NCBI GenBank assembly: GCA_037445915.1
Contig: JBBIJQ010000007.1
Span: 72-64,071 of the forward strand
Direction: 5' to 3'
Source of the DNA: Planctomycetales bacterium
GTDB taxonomy: Bacteria > 4484-113
Length of the DNA stretch: 64,000 bases
In this document: one piece after another, positions 28,440-36,876 of the stretch
Layout: every line of letters begins with the position of its first letter
How positions within the stretch are numbered: position 1 is the stretch's first letter
Position numbers and translations under genes: made by a program
The notes under the pieces: generated by a model
The model's database searches: none
What the model was told of the DNA's origin: nothing
Seen by the model: the letters and a program-made list of their open reading frames with translations, nothing else

Positions 28440-29477
28440 GTGAAACCAATGATCTCTCGTAAGTCAGGCTTTACCCTAATTGAGTTGCTGGTGGTCATCG
28501 TAATCATCGGCATCCTCGTCGCCATCGCACTCCCGAACTTTATCAAAGTCCGCGAGAAGGCGAAGGAAGCAGAGGTAAAGCAAAATTTGCATTCGATCCA
28601 ACTGGCAGTTGAGCGCTATTCAACCGATAACGCGAACGGCAACTACCCCAACTATATCCTAGGTGGCGACTGGACCGACAGCTGGACTATCAATCAGCAG
28701 TACTTCTTCTTCGCTGGCCTTGACCAGGTTGCTTACCCGGCCTGGAAGACCGGCGGCCCGCAGTATTGCACGGACGGGAACGGAGACTACCTGATTATGG
28801 AAGGCTATATGCCGACCTACCCAAAGAACCCGTTCGTCAAGCAGGGCAACCTCGTCGCCCGCCGCCTTATCCACGATATGATGTGGCACAGCAACCGCGT
28901 TGGCACAACCATGCCCCGCCTCGTCGGCGGCGATGACAACACCAAGATGGTTGAAGTCTTCGGCCCGCCCCCCGCGTGGATTTTCGCCATGGTTGGGATG
29001 GGTGGCGACATGCGCGTCATCCCTCCGTACCCCGACCTTCAGAACGCGGACGGCCTCTGGCAGAACCGCGGCCTTAAAGACGTGACTGCCGCCGAGTACA
29101 GGCAGCCCGGCAGCCGCCTGCTGGTTGGCAACTTCTCCTACTTCGCCCGCTTGAACCAGCAGTGCTGGATACTGTGGAACGGTTCGCACGACGTCGCAGG
29201 CTATACCCTCGCCGCTTATGGCACGCTCAAGAACCTTGGCCAGGACGTTTACGACCGCAACGGTGAGTACTTCCCTCGTATGCGAATCGCAACCTGCGCC
29301 CTTGCCAACTACTTCGGCCTCAATGGCTTGTTGCCTTGCCAGACCGATTCGTCTCCCAACACGCTCAATCAGTCGCGCGGCGGCCCTGATACCCGTCCCG
29401 ACGGCGTGATCATCGTGTTAGACTCTGGCGTGGACAAGAAGTCCATGAATCCTACGGAAGGGGCGACTGGCTACTAA
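28440..29477 (+). CDS. prepilin-type N-terminal cleavage/methylation domain protein (large pseudopilin-like, 345 aa), paralog of the upstream gene
   Basis: MKPMISRKSG|FTLIELLVVIVIIGILVAIALPNFIKVREKAKEAEVKQNLHSIQLAVERY; near-identical N-terminal ~55 aa to the first copy, then divergent. GGAGG RBS. Confidence 0.8.
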   Translation: MKPMISRKSGFTLIELLVVIVIIGILVAIALPNFIKVREKAKEAEVKQNLHSIQLAVERYSTDNANGNYPNYILGGDWTDSWTINQQYFFFAGLDQVAYPAWKTGGPQYCTDGNGDYLIMEGYMPTYPKNPFVKQGNLVARRLIHDMMWHSNRVGTTMPRLVGGDDNTKMVEVFGPPPAWIFAMVGMGGDMRVIPPYPDLQNADGLWQNRGLKDVTAAEYRQPGSRLLVGNFSYFARLNQQCWILWNGSHDVAGYTLAAYGTLKNLGQDVYDRNGEYFPRMRIATCALANYFGLNGLLPCQTDSSPNTLNQSRGGPDTRPDGVIIVLDSGVDKKSMNPTEGATGY

Positions 29478-29595
29478 ACTACCAGCGCTTGCTTTTAGCC
29501 TTTCAGCGCAGGACTCCGCCCGCAAGGGCAGGGTCCTGTGCGCCTTTAAGGGGAGGAGTTAACTCGACATAATAGACGTGGCGCGCATCGGGCTT

Positions 29596-29645
29596 TATCT
29601 GCCTTTGGAGGGTGATTAGCCCAGTCCTGGAATCTGGTATCCTAA
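29596..29645. repeat. REP-like dispersed repeat copy (gcctttggagggtgattagcccagtcctggaatctgg)
   Basis: Shares gcctttggagggtga..agccca..ctggaat with 24176-24212 and partially with 59850-59872. Lies in a convergent intergenic region. Confidence 0.6.
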
Positions 29646-29681
29646 ATCCCTAAGACCGAACCACTATTCCCTTACAACTCA

Positions 29682-30581
29682 TCACTTCAACATAAGCTCG
29701 CGGATGCGCTCGGTCAGCTTTAGGGCATCGTCCATCTTGCGCTGCCACATATTGCGCCCAAAAATGAGGCCAGTCGCCCCCGCTGCCAGTGAAGATTCTA
29801 CTTTTGCAAGTAGCTCTTCATCCCCGAGCTTGCTGCCGCCGGAAACGAGAACCATCGTCCTGCCCGCAGAATGGACGACCTGCCTGAACGCATCATCCGC
29901 GCTGATTTGCAGCGTATTGTATGGCGCGGGTGCCTGCGTGTCTTTGGAGGGGTTAATCTTGGGGAAATTGACCTTGACGACGTCCGCCCCCATTTCCTGG
30001 GCAACCCGTGCCGCGTAATCAACAGCGTAGAAGCTGTCGCGCCCGCCCTTCTTGTCTATGGCCTCGCCGCGCGGGTAGGCCCACACGATGAGCGGCATCC
30101 CAAGCGACTCGCATTCCGCGCGCACTTCAGCAAGCTGCTCTATGTCCACTCCCTGCGCTGGCGAGCCGACAAAGAGCGTGTAGCCGATTGCGTCCGCGCC
30201 TAGCCGAACTGCGTCCTCAACGGTTGCTGTGAGAGGGCTGAATGCTTCGGCATCCGAAGGGATGGCGGTCTTGCCGTTTATCTTGAGTATCAGCGGGACT
30301 TCGCCGGCCCATTTATCCAGATATTTCGCGGCAAGCCCGTAGTGCAGCGCGATGGCTGAATAGCCGCCTTCCTTTGCAAGCGAGAACTGAAATTCCACGA
30401 ACTTGCTTTCCGGGTTGGCGAAGAAGTCCAGAGGACCGTGCTCAAGCCCCTGGTCAATGGGGAGTACCATCATTCGCCCATTCTTCAACCCGTAGCCGTA
30501 AAGCAGCCGGTGCAGCCGCACCTTCTTGCCCAGGCTAAGGCCCATATTATCCAGCGTCGGCTTTTCGTAATACTGCGCCAT
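29682..30581 (-). CDS. class I fructose-bisphosphate aldolase family protein (DhnA/FbaB/LsrF-like)
   Basis: 299 aa TIM-barrel aldolase with the Schiff-base lysine context GADVVKVNFP and the typical GADAIGYT. Confidence 0.7.
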   Translation of the reverse strand: MAQYYEKPTLDNMGLSLGKKVRLHRLLYGYGLKNGRMMVLPIDQGLEHGPLDFFANPESKFVEFQFSLAKEGGYSAIALHYGLAAKYLDKWAGEVPLILKINGKTAIPSDAEAFSPLTATVEDAVRLGADAIGYTLFVGSPAQGVDIEQLAEVRAECESLGMPLIVWAYPRGEAIDKKGGRDSFYAVDYAARVAQEMGADVVKVNFPKINPSKDTQAPAPYNTLQISADDAFRQVVHSAGRTMVLVSGGSKLGDEELLAKVESSLAAGATGLIFGRNMWQRKMDDALKLTERIRELMLK

Positions 30582-30650
30582 CTCGCGCCTCCCAACAAGG
30601 TGTGAGAAGATGATAGCACAGCGCGCGTGTGCCGCCGTAATTGGTATTCC

Positions 30651-32705
30651 TTACGTCTCGCAGCCAGCGTCAACTTCCTCAAACTGGACTTCAAACTTGT
30701 CAAACAAGCTTGAGGCAAGCTCCTGGATGAAGCGCGACGGGCGGTTGAAGGCGAACCGTTCTTCGCCGCTCATCTGCGGGAAGCAAAGGTAGAGCAAGTC
30801 TTCCGAGCGCGTGACGGCGACGTAGAACAGCCGCCGCTCCTCCTCAAGCTGGTCAGGTATCTGCCAGCACATTCTGTGCGGCAAGTTGTCGTCGGTCAAG
30901 TGCGTGATGAAGACGGCGCGCCACTCCAGCCCCTTCGCCTGGTGGATGGTGGAGAGCGAAACTGCGCCTTCGCCGCTAGAGTCGGCGTCGGAAATCTGCA
31001 CGGCAGTGAAGCCCTGGTTTAGGCTTACTTCTGCAAGGAACGACGTAAGCGAGCGGCGCTTGGCGGCGAAGGACGCGAGCTGCTCCAGGTCTTCCCTGCG
31101 CTCGCGGTAGTTTTCGTAATGCGTGTGAAGGTGCTGGTCGTAGAAGTCTTTGATGATTGCTTGGATGAGATCGCTGACGCCTGCGCCGTTCTCCTTCATC
31201 TCCGAAAGCTTGCGCATCAAATCCGCCATTGCCTGCAAAGATTTGCGCCCTGAGCCACGCGCAAGAGCTGGCGCGCCGTCGTCGGTGAATTCCTTGAGTG
31301 GGTTTTGCGAGGGAATGACTTTGGCGAGTATCTTGTCAATAGTCTTCGCGCCGACCTGCTCGCAAAGTTCAAGCACGCGCGAGAAAGCGACTTCGTCACG
31401 CGGGTTGGCGACAACGCCCAGGAACGCAACGACGTCCTTGACGTGCGCCTGCTCCATAAAGCGAATGCCGCCGCGCACGTCGTAGGGGATGCCGCGCTGC
31501 AACAGCAAAAGCTCAATTTCCAGGGAGTTGCGGTGGCTGCGGTAAAGCACGCCGATGTCTTCCAGCGCCACCCCGTCTTCGCGCAAGCCCAGTATCTGCT
31601 CCGCGACAAACTGCGCCTGTTCTTCGTTGTTGGCGCAAGTGATGAACTTGGGCTTCTCGCCGGGAAGCTTAACCGGCGCAAGCTGCTTGCGGAACTTCTC
31701 GGGCGTGGCGCTCATTATCTCGTTGGCGAGTGCGAGCACCTGCGGCGTGCTGCGGTAATTCGTTTCCAGCTTGTATATCTTTGCATCGGGATAGTCGCGC
31801 TGGAACTGGAGTATGTTCTTGTAGTTCGCGCCACGGAATGAATAGATGCTCTGCGCGTCGTCCCCGACGGCGAACACGCGCCCGTGCACGGCGGAAAGAT
31901 GCTTGATTATGTGCGCCTGCACGAGGTTCGTGTCCTGGTATTCGTCAACCAGCACGTGCTCATACCGCTCCGACACAGCCTTCCCCGCCTCCGGCTTCTC
32001 CTCAAACACGCGCAGCAGGCATGTGAGCAAGTCGTCAAAGTCCATCAGGTTGCGCGCACGTTTACGCTCGGTATACGCGGTGATTATCCTGCGCATGTCC
32101 TCTACGCTGCGCGCGAACTGCGGAAATGACTGCACAACAACATCCTCAAGCCCCATCGCCTTGTTGACGCAAAGGCTGTTGATGCGGTGCAGCATCTGGT
32201 GCGAGGGGAAAAGCTGCGCCGTGAAGTCCACCGGCGCTTCCTTGCGCACGACTTTCATAAGCTGCTTAGCATCCTGTTCGTCAATGATGGTGAAGTCGCG
32301 CGTGTAGCCGATGAAATCGGCGTATTTGCGCAGGATGATGTGCGCGAGGTGGTGGAAGGTGCCGCCGGTGATTCGCGACTGCGGGACATGAGTTAGCTCT
32401 TCAACGCGCCGCAGCATCATCCGCGCTGCCTTGTTGGTGAACGTCGCAAGGAGGATGCGCCCAGGCCGTACGCCTGATTCAATGAGGTGCGCGACGCGGT
32501 AGGTGATGACGCGCGTCTTGCCGCTGCCTGCGCCCGCGAGCACGAGGATCTGCGGTTCTTGCGCGTGAACGGCCGCGCGCTGCTGGTCGTTAAGCTCGCG
32601 CAGGAATGCTGCGCCCTCGCCCGCGTCGGGTTCCCTGCTTCCGGGCGCATTCAACCGCATCCTCATTGCTTTGTGCTCCGAATCCACGCCGCAATGATAC
32701 CGCAT
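30651..32705 (-). CDS. ATP-dependent DNA helicase, UvrD/PcrA family
   Basis: Motif I AGAGSGKT, DEYQDTN (motif II), GDDAQSIYSFRGA and a C-terminal QAKGLEW...VAVTRSE. Confidence 0.9.
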   Translation of the reverse strand: MRYHCGVDSEHKAMRMRLNAPGSREPDAGEGAAFLRELNDQQRAAVHAQEPQILVLAGAGSGKTRVITYRVAHLIESGVRPGRILLATFTNKAARMMLRRVEELTHVPQSRITGGTFHHLAHIILRKYADFIGYTRDFTIIDEQDAKQLMKVVRKEAPVDFTAQLFPSHQMLHRINSLCVNKAMGLEDVVVQSFPQFARSVEDMRRIITAYTERKRARNLMDFDDLLTCLLRVFEEKPEAGKAVSERYEHVLVDEYQDTNLVQAHIIKHLSAVHGRVFAVGDDAQSIYSFRGANYKNILQFQRDYPDAKIYKLETNYRSTPQVLALANEIMSATPEKFRKQLAPVKLPGEKPKFITCANNEEQAQFVAEQILGLREDGVALEDIGVLYRSHRNSLEIELLLLQRGIPYDVRGGIRFMEQAHVKDVVAFLGVVANPRDEVAFSRVLELCEQVGAKTIDKILAKVIPSQNPLKEFTDDGAPALARGSGRKSLQAMADLMRKLSEMKENGAGVSDLIQAIIKDFYDQHLHTHYENYRERREDLEQLASFAAKRRSLTSFLAEVSLNQGFTAVQISDADSSGEGAVSLSTIHQAKGLEWRAVFITHLTDDNLPHRMCWQIPDQLEEERRLFYVAVTRSEDLLYLCFPQMSGEERFAFNRPSRFIQELASSLFDKFEVQFEEVDAGCET

Positions 32706-32727
32706 CCAACAGCCGTCTTGCGTGTGG

Positions 32728-32736
32728 TGTTATAAT
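32728..32736 (+). promoter_or_regulatory. extended -10 promoter TGTTATAAT ~15 nt upstream of tRNA-His
   Basis: Perfect TGnTATAAT in the uvrD/tRNA divergent region. Confidence 0.45.
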
Positions 32737-32750
32737 CAAAGTTCGCCAAC

Positions 32751-32824
32751 GGGGAGGTAGCTCAGTTGGTTAGAGCGCTAGTCTGTGGAACTAGAGGCCG
32801 AGGGTTCGACCCCCTCCCTCCCTA
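32751..32824 (+). tRNA. tRNA-His (anticodon GTG)
   Basis: Hand-folded cloverleaf: acceptor GGGGAGG/CCTCCCT (G1-U72), U8, D-arm GCTC-AGTTGGTTA-GAGC, anticodon stem CTAGT/ACTAG with loop CTGTGGA (U33, GTG at 34-36), T-arm GAGGG-TTCGACC-CCCTC, discriminator A73. No encoded CCA. C at position -1. Confidence 0.8.
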
Positions 32825-32843
32825 CTTTCAGTTGGTGCGTGAA

Positions 32844-34208
32844 ATGGCTGACCCTAGGATAAAGCCGAGAGTGCTCAGGGGGTTCCAGGACCTCCTGCCG
32901 ACGCATGCGCGGATGCGGCAACAAATCACAGGCACCCTTCGCGCCGCATTTGAGTCCTTCGGCTTCGCCCCCTTGGAAACACCCGCGCTGGAGACCGAAG
33001 AAGTCCTGCTCGCCGACACCGGCGTTGACGCCAACAAGCAAACTTACCGCTTCGTGGACTTGGACAACGAGCCGGTGGGCTTGCGCTACGACTTCACAGT
33101 GTCGCTGGCGCGCGCCGTGGCGATGAACCAAAACCAGCTTCAATTCCCCTTCAAGCGTTACCAGTTCGGCCCCGTCTGGCGTTTTGACAAGCCCAAGCGC
33201 GGCCGTTTCCGCGAATTTATGCAGATGGACATAGACATTGTCGGCGCGCAGCCTTACGAGCCCGAAGTTGAGCTTGTAGCGGCGACCGCCGAGGGTTTCC
33301 GCAGGCTGGGCATTAGCGGCTACTACTTTCGCGTGAACGACCGCCGTTGGCTTGGCGCGGAACTGGCGCGCTTAGGCGTCCCGTCTGAAAAAGAGAAAGA
33401 TGTTTTCCGCGTGCTGGACAAGCTGCAAAAGCAGGGCGAAGGCAAAGTGCGCGCCGAATTGACCGGCAAGCTGCTGCTGCAAGACTTTGGAAGCGCGCTG
33501 GAGTTCCAGCGCATGCAGGAAATCGCGATATCCGATGAAGCAGCTGAAGGCCTGCTTGCGCTGTTGAAGCAGCCCGACGCCCTGCGCGAATACCTTGAGC
33601 CGTTTCTCGCCCGGGTGCGCGATGAAGGCGTGCCGGACGAATGCGTCGTCCCCGACCCGTCGCTTACTCGCGGCCTTGATTACTACACAGGCTTTGTCTG
33701 CGAGATTCAGCTAAAGGGCGCTGAAGCGCTGGGCAGCATCGGCGGCGGCGGGCGCTACGACAACCTCGTTGGGAGATACACCAGCTCAAGCCTCACCGGC
33801 GTTGGCCTGTCGGTCGGAGTGGACAGGCTCGCAGAATCGCTGGCGTCCATCGGCGCGCTCCCCGATTCAGGCGGGCAGTCATCGGCGCGCGTGTTCGTCG
33901 CCGTGTTTGACGATGCGCTGGTGGCGAAAGCCGCAGGCATCGCGCGGATGCTTCGCGGCGCGGGCATACCCACAGAGCTTTGGTTGAAGAGCGGTAACGC
34001 CAACGGCCGCACGCTTTCAAAGCAGTTCAAATATGCAGACAGTGTTGGCATCCCGCTTGCGGTTATCGCTGGCGAAGACGAGCTGGCGAAAGACCCGCCG
34101 GTGGTGCAGTTGAAGGACTTGCGAACCGAATTTGGCGAAACCGGCAAGCAACGCGAAGTGCCGATGGCATCGCTCGTTGATGAAATAACAAGGCTGCTTG
34201 GCGCATAG
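32844..34208 (+). CDS. hisS: histidine--tRNA ligase (class II, with C-terminal anticodon-binding domain)
   Basis: Motif 1/2 region (RGFQDLLP; FKRYQFGPVWRFDKPKRGRFREFMQMDIDIVG), motif 3 GGGRYDNLV and a C-terminal alpha/beta anticodon-binding domain. The ORF-track start 32766 lies inside the tRNA; ATG at 32844 (MADPRIKPR) is the likely start. Confidence 0.85.
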   Translation: MADPRIKPRVLRGFQDLLPTHARMRQQITGTLRAAFESFGFAPLETPALETEEVLLADTGVDANKQTYRFVDLDNEPVGLRYDFTVSLARAVAMNQNQLQFPFKRYQFGPVWRFDKPKRGRFREFMQMDIDIVGAQPYEPEVELVAATAEGFRRLGISGYYFRVNDRRWLGAELARLGVPSEKEKDVFRVLDKLQKQGEGKVRAELTGKLLLQDFGSALEFQRMQEIAISDEAAEGLLALLKQPDALREYLEPFLARVRDEGVPDECVVPDPSLTRGLDYYTGFVCEIQLKGAEALGSIGGGGRYDNLVGRYTSSSLTGVGLSVGVDRLAESLASIGALPDSGGQSSARVFVAVFDDALVAKAAGIARMLRGAGIPTELWLKSGNANGRTLSKQFKYADSVGIPLAVIAGEDELAKDPPVVQLKDLRTEFGETGKQREVPMASLVDEITRLLGA

Positions 34209-34211
34209 ATA

Positions 34212-35165
34212 ATGAAGGTTCTCGTTACAGGCGGCGCAGGCTTTATCGGCGGCCATCTCTCCGCCGCGCTTGTTGCCGCCGGCCACAGCGTTACCGTCGT
34301 TGACAACCTTTCCAGCGGCCGCCGAGAGTTCGTCCCCTGCAGCGCGACACTTGTTGAAGCGGACGTTACTTCGCCTGAATTCGGCGTCATCCTATCGTCA
34401 TTTGCGCCTGAGGCCGTTTACCACCTTGCAGCGCAGATAAGCGTATCGCTGTCCGCGCGCGACCCAGGCTTTGATGCGCAGGAAAACATCTGCGGGGGCT
34501 TGAACGTGTTGTCCGCAGCTGCCGACGCAGGCGTGCGCAAGTTCATCATCGCCAGCAGCGGCGCCGTCTACGGCACGTGCCCTGAGATTCCATTCCGCGA
34601 AACCTCGCCCAAATGCCCCGTTTCGCCCTACGGCATCGCCAAGTATGCGCTTGAGCATTACTGCCGCTACTTCGCGCAGTTTCGCGGCCTACACTCGCTC
34701 GCGCTGCGGCTGGGTAATGTTTACGGCCCACGCCAGAATCCCCTTGGCGAAGCAGGCGTAGTCGCCATATTCCTCCAACGCATGCTTGAAGGCAAGCCGG
34801 TGGAGATTCACGGCACCGGCGAGCAGGCGAAAGATTACGTGTATGTTGGCGACATCGTTGATGCGATGGTGAAAGTGCTTGGCATTAAGCTGCCACGCGA
34901 TGCTGAAGCTGATGCGCGCGCATTCAATGTGGGGACGGGCGAAGCCTGGCCGGTCAACGACATCTTCCAGCGATTAAGCAAGCTCACCGGCTATTCGCAG
35001 CCGCCGCAATCCGGCCCGCTGCGTGAAGGCGACCAAATGATAGCGAAGCTAGATGCGCGCAAGGCGCAGGAGGCCCTTGGCTGGTCGCCGAAAATCACGT
35101 GGGACGAAGGCTTGCACCTGACCGCGCAGTGGTTCAAAGATAACTTGAGCCTGTTTGCGCGTTAG
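34212..35165 (+). CDS. NAD-dependent epimerase/dehydratase (UDP-glucose 4-epimerase family)
   Basis: VLVTGGAGFIGGHL, catalytic YxxxK (YGIAKYALEHY) and LRLGNVYGPRQ. Confidence 0.8.
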   Translation: MKVLVTGGAGFIGGHLSAALVAAGHSVTVVDNLSSGRREFVPCSATLVEADVTSPEFGVILSSFAPEAVYHLAAQISVSLSARDPGFDAQENICGGLNVLSAAADAGVRKFIIASSGAVYGTCPEIPFRETSPKCPVSPYGIAKYALEHYCRYFAQFRGLHSLALRLGNVYGPRQNPLGEAGVVAIFLQRMLEGKPVEIHGTGEQAKDYVYVGDIVDAMVKVLGIKLPRDAEADARAFNVGTGEAWPVNDIFQRLSKLTGYSQPPQSGPLREGDQMIAKLDARKAQEALGWSPKITWDEGLHLTAQWFKDNLSLFAR

Positions 35166-36490
35166 CGCATCCCGAACATCTTCCCGAGCGGCATCTTTCC
35201 CTTCTTCAACTGTTTCATCATCTGCTGCATTTCCTTGAACTGCTTGATGAACCGGTTGATGTCCTGCACCGTCGTGCCGCTGCCAAGCGCGATGCGCCGA
35301 CGACGCGACGCGTTGAGAAGCCCCGGCTCGTTGCGTTCGCCGCGCGTCATTGACCGCACGATGGCCTTGGTGCGCTCAAGCTCTTTCTCGCCCAGCGCAA
35401 GGTCGTCTTCGCTGAGCCTCACGCCCGGCAGGAGTTTCATCATCTGCCCGAGAGGCCCCATCTTCTGCGTCTGCTCAACGACTTTCAGGTAATCTTCAAG
35501 CGTGAAGCGATCCTTCCTCAGCCGCTTCTGTATCGCTTCCGCGTCCTCAATCTGCACCGTCTGTTCAACTTTCTCAATGAGCGTGAGCACGTCGCCCATG
35601 CCGAGTATGCGGCTCGCCCACCGGTCGGGGAAGAACGGCTCCAGCGCATCCGGCTTTTCGCCTGTGCCGACGAAGCGGATGGGCACTCCGGCCGTCTCGC
35701 GGATGGACAGTGCCGCGCCGCCGCGAGTGTCGCTGTCAAACTTGCTGAGGATTACGCCGGTAAGCCCGATGCGCGAATGGAAAGCCTGCGCTATGTTCAC
35801 TGCTTCCTGGCCGGTCATGGCGTCGGCGACCAGGAACACCTCCACCGGCTGTACCGCTTCCTTTATCGAGGCCGCTTCGTCCATTAATGCGTCGTCTATC
35901 TGCAAGCGCCCGGCGGTATCCAGCACGACGGGATTCAGCCCGTCTTTCTTGGCGAAAACAATCGCGTCCTTTGCGAGCTGTAACGGTGACTTCGCAGCGC
36001 CGCCGTATGCAGGAACGCCGACTTGCTTGGCGAGAATGGAGACCTGCTCCACCGCGGCAGGGCGCTGCAAGTCCAGGGCAACCATAAGCGGCCGCTGCCC
36101 TTCGGCTTTGAAGCGCAGAGCGAGCTTGGCAGCCGTCGTCGTCTTGCCTGATCCCTGCAGGCCAACGAGCATGATGGGCGCAAAGCGGCCGGCATAACTT
36201 GTCGCCGCAAGCTGCGACGCTTCTTCGCCGCCGAGCACGCGGATTAGCTCCTCATGCACCAGCTTGATGATTTGCTGTGCAGAGGTCAGCCCCTTGCCGA
36301 CGTCCTCGCCGGTTAGCTTTTCGCGCAGGTTGGTTGTGAAATCGCGCGCCACCTTGAGGTTCACGTCGGCTTCCAGTAGCGCCAGCCGTATCTCGCGCAG
36401 CCCCGCCTCAACCTCGGCCGGCGTCAGCCGCACGCGCCCGCGTATGCCGCTGATTATCTTCCCAAGCCTTTCCGACAGCGAATTGAACAC
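35162..36490 (-). CDS. ffh: signal recognition particle protein Ffh
   Basis: N-domain, G-domain (GLQGSGKTTTAAKLA; DTAGR) and a Met-rich M-domain (MMKQLKKGKMPLGKMFGM). Confidence 0.95.
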   Translation of the reverse strand: MFNSLSERLGKIISGIRGRVRLTPAEVEAGLREIRLALLEADVNLKVARDFTTNLREKLTGEDVGKGLTSAQQIIKLVHEELIRVLGGEEASQLAATSYAGRFAPIMLVGLQGSGKTTTAAKLALRFKAEGQRPLMVALDLQRPAAVEQVSILAKQVGVPAYGGAAKSPLQLAKDAIVFAKKDGLNPVVLDTAGRLQIDDALMDEAASIKEAVQPVEVFLVADAMTGQEAVNIAQAFHSRIGLTGVILSKFDSDTRGGAALSIRETAGVPIRFVGTGEKPDALEPFFPDRWASRILGMGDVLTLIEKVEQTVQIEDAEAIQKRLRKDRFTLEDYLKVVEQTQKMGPLGQMMKLLPGVRLSEDDLALGEKELERTKAIVRSMTRGERNEPGLLNASRRRRIALGSGTTVQDINRFIKQFKEMQQMMKQLKKGKMPLGKMFGMR

Positions 36491-36569
36491 AGGCGGATTC
36501 TATCAGACATCGGCATTGCTTGCCTCAAACCCCCTTCACCTGCTATAATCTTCCGCTCTGGAGGTTTCG

Positions 36570-36821
36570 GTGGCTACTGTAATCGCAATCATTTTGCTAC
36601 TCGTCATCGCCGCGATTTGCGTGGGGATGATTATCCTCACACTCTCGCTTAATACAAAGAGCGAAGGCCTGGGCGCGGCTATCACCGGCAGCGCGGGCGA
36701 CGCCTACCGTGGCGTCGTGGGAATTGAGGAGAAAAAGCGCCAACTCCTACAGAAGCTCGGCTACTCATTCCTTATCATTACGCTCCTCTTCTCGCTTATC
36801 TACCGCTTCTTCTACGGCTAG
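36570..36821 (+). CDS. small two-TM membrane protein, possibly SecG-like
   Basis: 83 aa: TM1 - Gly-rich loop (GLGAAITGSAGDAYRG) - TM2, the layout of SecG. Weak. Confidence 0.4.
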   Translation: MATVIAIILLLVIAAICVGMIILTLSLNTKSEGLGAAITGSAGDAYRGVVGIEEKKRQLLQKLGYSFLIITLLFSLIYRFFYG

Positions 36822-36876
36822 ACGCCGTTTCTGCGCATAGATATTTCACGCGACAGAAGCTATTATCATCACGGCC

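Noticed and set aside
30651-32705. UvrD-like helicase as Gabija GajB or another defence helicase
   Set aside because: It has full PcrA/UvrD motifs I-VI and length, no GajA-like ATPase-TOPRIM neighbour, and a conserved housekeeping context next to tRNA-His/hisS.
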